From the NCBI GenBank assembly GCA_030390025.1, contig CM059430.1, forward strand, positions 118,048,001 through 118,112,000: a DNA stretch of 64,000 nucleotides, given 5' to 3'. Position 1 is the first letter of the stretch; each line of letters starts with the position of its first letter. The notes under the pieces were generated by a model. That model saw only the letters and a program-made list of their open reading frames with translations. It was not told where the DNA came from and ran no database searches. Below are positions 50,700-64,000 of the stretch, piece after piece. The translations under genes and the position numbers were made by a program. Source of the stretch: Squalus acanthias (lineage: Eukaryota).

Positions 50700-53089
50700 A
50701 GTAACACAGGCTGCTGGCTGAGAAGAATTAGGAAAGTATTTTTATATTTGGCACTTCTCTAGGTCAGATTGTAGGAGAATATTGCCCATGTGCCAGCGCG
50801 TTTACTTTGCTAAAATTTACTTTCTTATCCAGACACCAGAATAACAGAGCTACATTTTCATGGGCAACAATTCTGCAGTTAGCCTAAGGAAGCTGGTTTT
50901 AAGAATCTAAATGTGGGGAGCTAATGAATGAATATGACTCTCCCGCAACCTGAACTACAGAAGTACCAAATATAAAAGTGCGAGAGGGCTATATTATCAG
51001 TAGCATTGGTTATACTGGAGATGTCACACACAGGAATCCTTTCAGGCAGATTTCCCCCATGCAATCGTCAGTACTCATTTAAAACTAAAATAATTTATTA
51101 GAACAGTAAAAAAAGAAAATTAGTTATAATTCGCTACAGTGGCTTGGTTTTTAAAAAAGGGGTCCTGAAAGCAAAACCCCCTCTTTAAAGGTGGGGGAGG
51201 GATTGCGTGTGTTTGGAAGTTCTATGTGAATGCGAGGCTTAAGAAAACACTGCAGTTTTCTGGCCTCTTTCAAATTTTAAACACAGGATATTTCAACTGC
51301 CCAACTCCAAAACTATTTCCTGCAATTCTCCTGTCCATAAAAAGAAGAAACACATTGTTATTTTTGTGATCAACATTGAAATAGCAGCATAACATGAATT
51401 CTTAAACTCCCTCGGGGAGTGTGCACAGAAATGTTTGCCATACAGTTTACATTCTGAACAGAGAAGGCAGATTTTGTTGATTTAATCATTGCTACTTGAC
51501 AAACGTTTAACTTTTATGAAAAACCTGATTTCTTCCTATTCCCAAGAGTATCCAATTTTTTTTTCTTGGCAATTTTCTCCTCTTCTCCTGAAAGGTATTG
51601 ACTCCTTCCTGATATATGGTTTCATGGGCACCAGTTGCTCTTTGGTAACTCGTCCATGTGGTCATTGTTCACCAAGCCTGGGAGGGCAGCTACAATTTAG
51701 TCTCAGTGCCACTGGGCTTGGTAGGTGGATGAAATCAGCCAAGATTTGAACTGCTGACCACTGTGCATGAACAGCTGCTGGGAGATGCATGTATACGAAT
51801 GCTGAATGTGATGCTCTCTGTCTTATTGAGTATTCTCTGGACACACTGGGATCACAAATCAAGAGAAGCAACTCGGGTCAGGTGTCTTCAGGCTGTCAGC
51901 ATCCATGGAACCAGACCGAGTGCTGGTCAGCACCTTCAGGAGCAGGAGAGAGAAAGAAACAAACAGCTACAAAGTCGTCTCGGGCCAATACATTTCCCAG
52001 TAATTAGTTACATGTCTGGGAGCAGATCATTGCCCAACTCTCCTGTGCAAGAATGGGGTGCAAGAGAAGAGAATTAAATAAGGAGAAAATCCAAATTTAA
52101 AAAGGCGCCAGTCAGCAAATTATTCCTCATGGTGACATTAATTCATACATGGCAATCTAGATAACTGACCCACAGCCCCAAAAGACGCAACAGACCAAAA
52201 ATAGTCCGAAATAGAAGCCATATAATTTGTGAAAGTGAGGAATTAGACTGACCTTGTAGTGAGACATGGTCTTGTCATAAGTTGAAAATATTCCCGACAT
52301 TCCATTATTCTTAACAGTAGCAATAAAAATCTAAGGACACAAAAGTACAGCTTGCAGCAGTGGTGGATTTAGAACTTACTACAGGGAGAGTGCTGAAAGC
52401 ACAAGGTTTCTATGGGTGGGAGGGAAAGAGGGCTGCAAGTAGCTCTAAAAATTTTGATCTCGACAATTTATTTAGTTCAGTTTCTGGCATTTTGAAGTCT
52501 ATTGTAATTCTGCCTTTCAAAGTTACTCCTAGAAGGGTTACAAGTATTTGAAATATGACAATAAATTTAGTTGTAAAGACTTCCAATACAATTTTATAGG
52601 GCCCAGTAAATCTGACCCCAGATACATGATGTTAATCTTTGAACTGAAATCTTTCCCAACACCCACCTACAATAATCCCAACCAGCAGGGCAACCTTCAT
52701 TCATCACAAGACAGAACTGGATCACTATCGCATCTGTCCCTGTCTCTGTCCCCATGGCAGTCAAGAAAGAGCAGGCACGGGATTACAAGAATCGAGACCA
52801 TTCTGATTTAACTAAACTCTTTTTATTTGTATGTAGCTTCAGGAGAGATGAGGGCAATTCAATAGCATTGAAGCAAAATCTGAGAACAGAGTTCTGATGA
52901 AAAGGCACATCCAAACATCAACCTATTTTTTTCTTCTTTTAGGGGATTAACCTCCTATGTATTTCAAATATTTTCTAACATGAGGCTAGAAATTGCTGAT
53001 GGTAATAACAGTGGATGAACGTTTAACAAACGTGTATGACATTCCTTGGTCTACTTTCCACCACCCCCCCCGCCCCGCCCCACCCCATT

Positions 53090-53410
53090 CATTCTCGGGA
53101 TGTGGGTGTCACTGGCAAGGCCAGCATTTACTGCACATCCCTAGTTGCCCTGAGAAGGTGGTGGTGAACCGCCTTCTTGAACCGCTGATCAATTTAATAC
53201 AACTTACTGGCTTTCTAGGCTACTTCAGAGTGCAGTTAAGAGTCAAACACATTGTTGTGGAACTGGAGTCATATGTAGGCTAGACCGGGCAAGGACAACA
53301 GATTTTCTTCTCTAAAAGGGACATTAGTGAACCAGTTGGGTCTTCATGACTACCCGACAGATTCATGGTCACTTTTACCGATACCAGTTTTTTTTAATTT
53401 CCAGATTTTA
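53090..53410 (-). mobile_element. SINE fragment sharing its 3' tail with the 48855-50494 LINE
   Basis: catccctagttgccctgagaaggtggtggtg is the reverse complement of the LINE tail. The body matches 61800-62200. Confidence 0.7.
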
Positions 53411-56400
53411 CTATTTTAACAGAAAGGTTAACCTACTTAAACTAAATGGGTTAATACATTCCATTATAATAACAGACAGACAAAAGTTATTTTAATAACC
53501 ATTCGTCAGCTAGCATCAGTTATCACCAACAGTAATTTCTGGGTACACTACTCTTTTGACCCTGTGAAAAGAGTCAAAGAGTAGTATCGGCCAGAAAATA
53601 CTGTTCTTATACTGAAAGCAAAAACAACTGCACACTACAACCGTTGAAGAAAAATAAAATGCACAAAAACATGGTTTGCAGGATCGGTGAGCTGAATATT
53701 GTGCTCTCAGGTGGACTTGACTGACAGCCTTCAGTCTAGCGTTTACAATCTTTTATACTCTTATTATTAATGTCACTCCTCACATTTTCCTGTGATTTTT
53801 GACTACTCTGATATGAATAGAGTCAGTTCTGCACACTTGGCCGCCACATTTGCGCACATCAGTCACTGCATTTAAAAGTAATTCATTGCATATGAAGTGC
53901 TTGGATACATTTCTAAAAGATGGGATAGGATACTACATAAATGCAAATGTTTTAGAACCAATATACTAAAGTGAATAAAAAGAAAGCACACTTAAGCCAA
54001 AAGACTTAATATTGTGCAACATTCTTGTGTGATACACTTAATTTATCACTTCAAATTGATCCCGCCATTAACGTCACCACTGATACACTCGGAACCACAA
54101 GTACTACACCCTACTGTACAGCTCAAAAATGCTTCCTTCAGATACAACCTAAGTTTAATAGTACAAAATGTATAACTGTACTGCTGGATGTTTTCCACAA
54201 CTCAAGAAAAGGTAGTATAAAAAATGTCCACCGTTTTGTTTTACATTTTACTGACAACCTAATGATAACACTGGATTTAACTTATTACTTCAGGCAAATA
54301 ATTAATCAAAAATGCTTCTTTGTCAACTAATGGCTTAGAATTTTTTTTTTTTAAAACAAGTGTATTTAAAATATTCACTTCAAAAATAAATGCGAGCAAC
54401 TAAATTTCAGATGACAACTAAAGTGATGCTTCGTGTCGATACCTACACTTCCATTTAACACTCACCACTAGAATTCTCTGGCGTTTGCCCTGCTTTCAGT
54501 GGCACTGCAGCAGATTCCCACAAGACTCCAGCCTGCTCCTCGATGCCTGTCCTGTAACTCACTCGCACAGTCTGTCAAACCCTACATGCCATTATCTTTT
54601 GCACGGTCTCACTGCAGTTTCATGAACTCCGCGCCCTAATAGCTACTGTATTCTACTGGTGAGCTTTCCAACAGGAGATGTATGACCCAACAGTAAGAAG
54701 TAAAGGAGATAGCTGTTCAGCCACTGGCCACAGGCAGGAATATTAAAACAGCAAAATAATGCAGGAACAATCGGACTGCGCGACTCTGGTCTTTCGATTT
54801 GGACAACATAGGGCAGCAAACGGAAAACTTACAGAACAATCAAGATTTTTTTTTTTGCAAGCTTGTTACAGCCAATCATTGTGTCTACAACAAAAGAATT
54901 TCCCTCGCTGTTTTTAAATCGAGCTCATTTCACCCTTTCATCACATTCAGTTCCAAATCAGATAATGATTGTTTTACAGCCCCTTTTTAAAAAAAAAAAT
55001 CCTATTATAATACAGGAACCGAGATAGAAACAGCAAGGAAACAATGCCCGGAAAAGATTTTAAAAAAACAGCGTGAAAAGTTTTGTAAACGCAAACCCTT
55101 CCTGTCGCCCAGAAAAATGTAAGAAATGAAGAGAGCTGCTGTCATCACAGCCAAAAGGAACTGGGGCTCGAGTTCAATTAGGTTGTGGCCCTAGGCCAAC
55201 AGTTCTGAGCCTAGATCTGAAGAAATGAACATTAAAAAAAACCTAAAATGCACAAAAACATGGGTTGCCTTCAATCTAGTGGTTGCAATCTTTCATACTC
55301 TTACTGATTTATTAATGTCACTCCTTGTGCAGGCTCATTTGCTGATTAGCACAATGTAACAAAAGGACCTTCACCACGAAAATGTAAGTAAACTGAAAAC
55401 TGCTTTCCAAGTTGCAGAACATACTAGGCATTACAACTCAACCAGTTCAACTGCCCACATCATACTGTCGTCAAATCCTAAATATGGGGATCTCAGTGTA
55501 ATTCTTTGCATCATCGCTCCAATCTTATACACTATTTTGTTTTCAAACCCTGACAATTCCAATGCTCAAATAAAGCTAGCTGATGTATTCACAACAGGAA
55601 ACATCCTCTTATCTCAAAAAGTGGCTGCAACTAGCTTTGAAGAAAATAAACCATCATACAAGACAACTTTTGGACATGCTGGATGTGAAGAAATGAAAAC
55701 AGCATTAAGGAGATATTAGAGGTACAATCACTTCATAAATCACAGCAACTCTAAAATAAAAATATCCTGTGGTGCCGATTGCAAAGTCCCATGTTTGACC
55801 TTTGATCTGTTAGCTGAGGCAACAATTAGGGCACTACAATTGGCCCCAGTGGCCATGGCGCTAGGGAGAGGAAAAATCAACTAGGAATCCCGCTCCTCCT
55901 TATCCAGTGACCCACTGCATGTGCGAATGTTAGGCGAGAGCGGAATTGGGCTCAGCTGCGACGCTTTAAAAGGTAGGATAGCCAACACATGAAGAATCTC
56001 AACACAAGTGAGGTACCAGAGTGTGGCCAGCAACAAGGCAACAGCATCACAAGCAAGAGAGTCAGCACCTTCAGGAAAGGAAGGGGAGAAAATTACAACA
56101 TGGATATATTTTGTGGCAAAAATAGGTAAAACTGAATCTAAAATGTATCTGGGAATGGTAGAGATTTGACACTTGTTAAATCACGATGTAACAGCAACAA
56201 ACAAAATGCTGAATTGTGTTGCTAGATCAGTATAATACAAGGCAAAAGATGACATGCTAAAACAGTAGTGTTCTGGTGAGACCACACATTGAGCACTGCC
56301 GGAGGCGGAGTACAGAAGAGCAGCAAGGCTGACCCCTGGCGTGAAAGAATTGAGTTAAAAGGAATGACCGGAGAAACTGAGGATCATCAGTTATTTTGTA

Positions 56401-58788
56401 TGTGATTATTCAAAGCCCCTTCTCCCCCCGCAACCACCACCCCCCTCCCCCCTAGCTCCGGTTTCCAAAAGGTTTGCGTGAAGCATCACTGACCGAGACA
56501 TTTCAAACATTTCCTAGCTTCAAAGCTTCATGTGCCTGGAGCAGTGATGGTTCAAAGCTTTGAGCACCATCATTGATCGTGGTGAGCACCAATGGAACAA
56601 TCAAATTGCATCAATGGAGAGGTAGAGATCAGGGCCAGTGGGATGTGGAAGGCAACCAGAACAGAAACATTTGAGCTTCACATTTGAACAAACCAAGTTA
56701 CAGCCTGTGTGTGGTGCCTCTTTGCTAACCCTGAACAGAGCCCCAAGAAGAAACAAGGGGGAGAATTCAGTTTCCTCACTCTCCCAAGAGTATCAAAATC
56801 AAATTAAATATAAACCTAAACCAGAATTCAAACAAAAAAACCATGGAAAATACATTCTTGAACTCTGTCCAACCAGGGGCTTTCCTCAGTATAAGGGCTT
56901 AGCAGTTCAGAGAGGCAGCTGCTTGCTACAACTAGAAATCTATTTTGCTAACTATTAAACAGAATCCAAATTCCAATAGTCTAAGACAGACATGCATGCC
57001 CAGAAAGAATGGACTTGCGCAATTTCCGAAACTTGTTTATGCTGAGCATACTCTTGGTTGTTTTAGCTGGAAAAGCAGGCCAGTCTAAATCACTATCTGA
57101 AAGTGATCCATCAAATAGCCAGAGAATTGTACGGCATAGCCCAGATGAATAATGATCTTTCACCTCTGGAACCTGGGATCAAATCAAGTCCAGACGAATA
57201 GAATGAAAGTCTGCCCTCTTAGCATCTGCAACAGTATTAAGTGAAATTAATTTGAGACCTTCTTAATTCAGTTACCAATAGGTGAAAGTTCACAATTCAC
57301 ATTGGTACTAAATGTTAGGTGTAACACAGAGATCACAAAAGCTGGCGGCATAACTCAGCAGACCTAAAAAGCTAGGCAATTAACCGCTTTAGCTGCTTTT
57401 ATATTCCACAACACCCATGTTAGTGGTACTGGCTTCTGGCACACACATCCCACACAGTTGGCTGTACCTTAAACATAAACTTAGCAAATTCCAGCAAGTT
57501 TATATTTGGGTTGCAGCCAGCTGCGCATTATCAGCACAGTGGGAGTCATGGAGCCACTAGCACAGGTCTTAGTGCAATATAAAAGCAGCTTAAATTCACT
57601 TAACAATCTCCTGACTTGCTGGAGATGCATCACCAACTTTGTGGTAAGCTCAGATAAGGGGGGGGGGGGGGGAATGAAGATTCCCATGGCCCAAATATTT
57701 GCATTCTGCAGGGTTCAAACTCAAATTTTGAAAGGTCACTATCAGAAAAAACTGGGATAAGGATTACAAAATCAGAGATCAGGCAACAGCTAGTCAGACA
57801 CACACGACCTCTCACCTTCCATTCAGACATCCGGAAATCAAGATATACATGGTTCCCCCATTCATGCTGTCAGGGCCCAGAAGCAGGCTACATACATGCC
57901 AATCTCCCATAGATCATGTACACAGTAAGGACTTTGTACCCAGTGTCCATTTGTTCATGTTTGTTGGTAAAACAAATTCAGCAAGCATTTAAAACATTAC
58001 ATGTCGGATACAGCAGTGTAATGGTTATGGTAGTGGAGATCCAAAGTTCAAATCCCACCATGCCAAGTTGTGCAATTGAATTTGCTAAATTTGGTCATTA
58101 GCACCAGACAAATTACCACGAAACCATGCAATTACCATGTAAAAACCCAGCTCATGCTTTGATTGCTTTCATGTTGAACACCACTTGGAGGAAGCACCAA
58201 GAAAAGCAAGAATATACCCCGGGTATATTAAATTTGTTAGCAATAACCGCGGGGACAGAATTGGAAACCAGTAAGCAGTTTGTTTCCTTCTCTTTTTATG
58301 TTCTCTCTCGGTGTCTATAAGACAATACACCAGCCAATGCTTGTAGTGGGCTAATCGCATCAACACCAATGCATCCACTATAAGCGGTGGGGAATGTCTC
58401 AACTTAGTGAAGCTACAACACAGGACTACCAACATGCTAAACATCAAAAGCAGATAGCTATATAAAGAACTAAGCAATTCCATAACCAGATCAGATCTAA
58501 ACCCACCATATAGAATTTACAGTACAGTAACAGGCCAGTTAAGAATGATGGTAAGCAATCAAGAAACTAACAAGAGGAGGAGGCTTCGTGAACATCCCCA
58601 TCCTTAATCATGGTGAAATCCAGCGCACGAGTGCAGGAGACAATGGTGAACAGTTTGCAAGCCTCTTCAGTCGAAAGTGCCAAGTGGATGATCGTACTTG
58701 TCAGTATCCAACCAAATTGGTTCACTCCACGTGACACTAAAGTGGCTGAGTTCATTTTGACACAATGAGGGCCATAAGCCCAGACATT

Positions 58789-59521
58789 GGCCGGGATTTT
58801 GCGGTCAGTGGCGAAGGGACAGTGCTCGCCACTGACCTCGAAAAAAGCTGCCCACAAAAATTTAGCGGGCTCTAGGGTTTCCTCTATTACGACGTGACTT
58901 CGAATTTGGTGGCATCTATAGGAGATTTGTGGCGTCCAGCAACAGTGCAGGCATCAGGCAGGCTGATCAACCAATCAGATTGAGGAATTCTCACAGACAG
59001 CAAAGCAGGAAGTAAAAAGCAGGGATTATAATTCACATTTTAATCGTTGTACAGAAAGCAAAATAAAGATTGGGACATATACATGGGATTAAGGGAGAGG
59101 CTGAAATATCAAACAAACTTTAAAAAATAAAATAAAAATAAATTATGATTTTAAATATCATGCAATTTTTAAATGTTCTTCTGAGGGAATGAGATGTCAC
59201 ACTTGTAAAATTAATTTTTCAGGGCCAGAGGTGTTTTTTCAGCAGTAATTATGACTTAGGATGCTGTTAAAAACTCAGTTTACAGTGAAAATAGTGTGTA
59301 AAAAGTTGAAGTTCACGTCAAATCACTGATTCTGTGTTGATTGCAACTGCAAAGATTGCAACAGCGCATCCTGTGGAGGAGCAGAGCATCACTGACAGCA
59401 ACTTCCGGATTTCCACGTTTAACTGCGCATGTGCGGACGCCAGAAGTTGCTGTCAGTTTTACAGAGTAATGACGCCGAGCGCTGACAGTTTCGCCGCCAT
59501 TACAATCGCAAATTCTGAGCC
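58789..59521. mobile_element. Harbinger-like MITE
   Basis: Imperfect TIRs ggccgggattttgcg and cgcaaattctgagcc, with 3-bp TSD att on both sides. Confidence 0.6.
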
Positions 59522-59539
59522 ATTATTTCTGCCACATCC

Positions 59540-60145
59540 TTCCCTTTCCCAAGCCCGCCAAGATTTCCCCCTGCCACAGACCTGAAATCTCATCTCTAGA
59601 TTCTCTCTGGTCTCACCTCATGCTCTCTTCAAGCTTATCTACTCCACGAGACCTGCTTCCTGTGCTCTCGACCCTATTCTCACCAAACTGCTGACCAATT
59701 TCCGCTCCTGGCCCACATGCTACCAAATATTGTCAATGGTTCCTTCTCCTCAGGTACTGTCCGCTCCCTTTCAAATCTGCTGTCATCACCACCCTCCTCA
59801 AAACACCCACCCTTGACCCCACCGCCCAATCGCCATCCTCCCAAAGTCCTTAAACGTGTTGTCGCCTCCCAAATCCACGCCCATCTTTCCCGCAACTCCA
59901 TGTTTGATCCTCTCCAATCTGTTTTCCGCCCCGCCACAGCACTGAAATTCCCTCCATGAACCGCTCTCTACCTGTATAACCTTCTTAAAACCAATCTTTT
60001 TAACCAAGCATTCAGTTAACCTCTCCTAACCATCCCTGGCTTGATGTCCATTCCTTTAATCCCTTTGACTACTTCCTCCTCTTTCTTCATCCCCACTTCC
60101 TCTAGGACATTTTCTAAATTAAAGGTGCTATATAAATGCACATTT
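59540..60145 (+). mobile_element. Degenerate, internally deleted L2 LINE fragment
   Basis: NIVNGSFSSGTV and KVLKRVVASQIHAHLSRNSMFDPLQSVFR, plus the L2-type tail aaaggtgctatataaatgca. Confidence 0.65.
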
Positions 60146-61794
60146 ATTATTAATAAGCAGATTTGATTTCTCTCACTCTGCTGTTAATCCTGATTATCTG
60201 GAAAGCAGTCGGACTAATATCAATACAAAAGCAAAATACTGCAGATGCTGGAAATCTGAAATAGAAATAGAAAATGCTGGAAATACTCAGCAGGTCAGAC
60301 AGATGCTGCCTGACTGACTAATCGCAAATTCAGCTCTTAGCCAAAAAATGGTGGTTTGGTTTTGTGCCAGCACCATACAGTTTGTGGTATTTATCGTACA
60401 CTTTTGGGACTGAATTTTGGCAGACGTTGGCACAGCACTGGTCATAAATATGACAGTGTAACCAGAGTAATGAACAATTAAATTGTTCATGTGTGAAATT
60501 AATGGCATTTGCTTTCTATTTATCGACTTACCAAATTCAGCAATTTGATTTAGTAAAGCACGGTATTTTATTGTTTAACTCACAGAGCAAGGTATGCAAG
60601 GCACATCTGACTTGTTATCAGGCTAAATTAAATAAAAATCCAGAAAGCTAATCATTTACCAGCCTGTTGCTTTAGGGTAACCTTTTCTTTTAAAAAAGCA
60701 ATCTAGTACAAGGACAAATTTTTATTCTGTGGCGAGTGCAGTTAGTCTCTTGACCCTGGCAAATGACGCTCGTGACGATGAAGACATGGAACCACTGTAG
60801 TACAGTGAGGTTGGTGGTGATGGATAAGCGGAACTTAAGTGTGGGACAGGATGCAGGGAGCTGAATTTTAAATGGTTCTGCAGCAACAGAGAATGTATGT
60901 GGAAAAATAGTGTTGAGTGGGGGAGGGATTGGATGAGATGAAGAGGAGGAAAAAGCAGAACAGGGACCAGAATTAGAGGGTAATCAGTGGCACATTGGTG
61001 TGCCAATTCACTGACCTTTCCCTCATAATCCAGTGAGCATTGGTTCTGATCAATGCCACAACTAAAATGACAAGGCTACATAGGTGTGAAGATATGACCA
61101 ATTATTGTAATGTGATGAGCTACTTCTTATAGGTAGTGTTCCTTTAATTAAATAAAATGAGGAAAACAATTGACTAAAATGATTGTAGTTTTGTCAACTG
61201 ACTAAAAATTAGAACTAAAATTTATAAGACTAAAACCACTAAACTTTGAGATACAAAGATGAGACTAAAGTTAATATTTCTAGGACTAAATCATCAGCAG
61301 TCCTCAACAGATATTGGAAATCATTTAGAATCAGTCTATTATTTCTCAACATTTCCTGTAGCCTTGGGTGAGGTGTGAAACAACAATCGACACTGATGAA
61401 AAGAGAGGATACAATAATTACCAGAATAAGAGGATTCTTAAGAGAGGATGAAGGAACACAACACTTACAAAAGTGCCAAAATTCCAAGTTTAAAAAAAGT
61501 GCTTCAAACAATCCTCAGAAGTGTTCATTGTAGAATTAAAGTTAGTTAGAAAGTAGAATTAAGTTAATAGCTAGAAAAGAACACTCCTAAATGTAGAAAA
61601 GAACCAATCTCCACGCCTCAATGACCTCTGGAACAGTTTGATGTGGTGTAACTCTCGAATTCCCAAAGTAAAAAAAAAAATCAAACCTCAGAAATCAAAA
61701 GTTAAATCATATTCCTGGAACTGTTAGTTACACTGAAAGCACTTCTTAAAACAAGCCTTGTAAAAGGGACAAGCTGCCTTCTGCAATTTTTTTA

Positions 61795-62200
61795 TTTTTA
61801 TTCGTTCATGGTCCTTATTGCCCTTGAGAAGGTGGTGGTGAGCTGCCTTCTTGAACCGCTGCAGTCCATGTGTATACTTCTTCGTAGCGGCTTTGGTAGA
61901 ACTGAGTGGCTTGTTGTAGAGGGCAGTTAAGAGTCAACCACATTGCCGTGGGTCTGGAGTCACCGATAGGTCAGACCAGGTAAGGACGGTAGTTTTCGTT
62001 CCCCAAAGGACATTAGTGAACCAGATGGGTTTTTACGACAATCAGATAGTTTCATTACTGATGCTAGCTTTTTATTCCAGATTTATTCATTAACTGAATT
62101 TAAATTCCCCAGCTGCCGTGGTGGGATTCGAACTCATGTCTCCGGATCATTAGTCCAGGCCTCTGGATTACTAGTCCAGGAACATAACCATTATGCTACC
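61795..62200 (-). mobile_element. tRNA-headed SINE with LINE-derived tail
   Basis: Minus-strand head ggtagcataatggtta...gagttcgaatccc has A/B-box-like sequence. The tail matches the 48855-50494 LINE 3' end. Confidence 0.72.
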
Positions 62201-62599
62201 GTACTACTTATTGATATATTTCTGTGTAGCTGCATTTTATTGTAAGAAAGAAGTCTCACAAAATTGACCTACTGGTTGCTAGAATTACAGAAAGATATCT
62301 ACAGCCAAGGTAAGTTACCTTGAAATAAATTGCCAACGTTATTAAGCAGATAATGGATCACTTTTTAATATTCAAAAATGAAATATCCTGGCAATACATC
62401 CATTAAACCACAAGTCTAGAGATTTATTTTTAACACAGTTGCAGACTCCCAGCAAAGCAAAGAATGTAGTGTCTAATAATCCCTTTGAAATATTGTTGAA
62501 GTCTAGCTACTTACAGAAATACTGTACAGAATACCTATGCTGCTGGAACCATGGAAATGCTATTTGTGGTATGCAACTAGTCAGGGTTAAATAACAGAC

Positions 62600-63460
62600 T
62601 GGAATGTTAAATTGATGCTTTTGCCCTTCACTAGTTTATGGGGTTAGAAGAAATTTAAGAACTTTTTCTATTTACATCAAGGACAAGGATTCAGACACTC
62701 AAAGCAAATTGGTTAAATTTGCAGACTATTAACTGGCTAGGGGACAGTCAAGTCTGATGAGACAGCCAAGAACCTAGATAAAAATGTAAGTGGGCAAAAC
62801 CGTAGCAGATGAAATTCAATACAGACAAATGCAAGGTACTGCACAATGAAGCAAAAAAATGAAGGATACATAATACTCCCTTTATGGTTAGAGACATGGG
62901 TGTGTTGGATGTCGTACAGTCTCCGGGGAGCCGTAATCAACAAGGCAAAAGAAATGCTTAACTGTGTTGCTAAATTAGTATAGTACAAGTCAGGGAACGT
63001 CATGCCGAAACTGTACATTGCCCTGGTCTGAGTGACGAGTACTGTGTCCCGTTTTGGTCACCAAGACACAATGGAAACATATAAGCCCTGAAGGAGGTGG
63101 AGAGAAGTGTGATCCCTAGAATCAGAACGGAGTTATAAGGAAAGACTGGATAAACTCTGCTTTGGGCAGAGACAACCAAGAGGGAACCTGATAGAGATGT
63201 TCCAAACAATATAAAAAAGATCAATCTTGAACATTACTTCTGTTTCAACCTTGACAGTACAAGAGAGCACACATTCAAACTGGCGAAATGGCAAATTTAA
63301 GATTAAAGTCAGAATGGACTCCCAGGTAGGGTCATGGATGCAAAAACCTTTAAGTCATTTAAGAAGCAATTGGATGCTCTGATGGGAGTGTGTGTGTGAA
63401 TTTTTCTAGATGGACGAGCTAAACTGGAATAAATGACCTCCTCATCCACATTTATCTTGA
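62600..63460 (+). mobile_element. Degenerate CR1 LINE fragment
   Basis: aaatttgcaga, gatgaaattcaatacagacaaatgcaagg, gagtactgtgtcccgttttggtcacc and ctgatagagatgttc remnants. Confidence 0.65.
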
Positions 63461-64000
63461 GATCTTCTAGGATGTTTTACCTGGAATTGGTCACATCCAT
63501 CAGCAGGTTAAATGGGTAGAAGCGACACTAGAACACATTGTACATGGGCTTTGGGAAGAAGGGGAATGATGGGCCTCATGATGTTAGCCCTTCTATATTT
63601 TGAGTCCTACGGCTAGCTTACATAATCAATGAGGTAAAAGCCAATAATAGCAGTATGTACTCCTTGCCAAAAATAATACAATACTTCACACTTTGGTCAA
63701 GTAATATATTTCTAGTACTGTCAAGTGTTTCTTATTGCTAGTGAATGTGGGAGGTTGACAACTGACTCTACCCATCTGTGATTAAAGAATTGCATGTGTT
63801 CTTGTAAGGCAATTGAGAATGTACTCAAGGCGCCTCAGCATTGTACATTATCTATTTCTACACAGTAATAGTATAATTACAGAGGTTTAACCACACAGGA
63901 AAAAGAAAGTATCATAATGCCAAATCTTGGAGGAGAAGGATTGTTATTGTTGTTATTTAATGATTTACCACTGCATCAAATGCTCTCTTCTAGTATTCAG

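Noticed and set aside
46577-64000. PDZ-domain exons and promoter of the Shroom gene
   Set aside because: No PDZ-like translation or CpG island was recognised by eye; they probably lie outside the window.

Overview
Eukaryotic, intron-rich genomic DNA, probably from a cartilaginous fish judging by its CR1/L2 LINE, SINE, Penelope-like and Harbinger content (inference). The window holds the 3' part of a Shroom-family gene, best matching SHROOM4, on the minus strand. Eight coding exons join in frame with canonical GT-AG sites: 46576-46445, 44289-41835, 35341-35277, 30292-28487, 21847-21329, 14334-14154, 13881-13609 and 11914-11636. Together they give 5,710 nt, about 1,900 aa, ending in the ASD2/SD2 ROCK-binding domain. 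The PDZ-encoding exons were not found and probably lie beyond the right edge. The most unusual feature is an in-frame coding minisatellite of about 23 x 48 bp (16 aa) amplified from the conserved WEKYRL motif. Introns also contain a tRNA-Lys pseudogene fused to a CR1 tail, a minimal hammerhead-ribozyme element, tiny TSD-flanked Penelope-like insertions, Harbinger-type MITEs and many SINE/LINE fragments. Family and paralogue calls rest on recalled motifs, not database searches.
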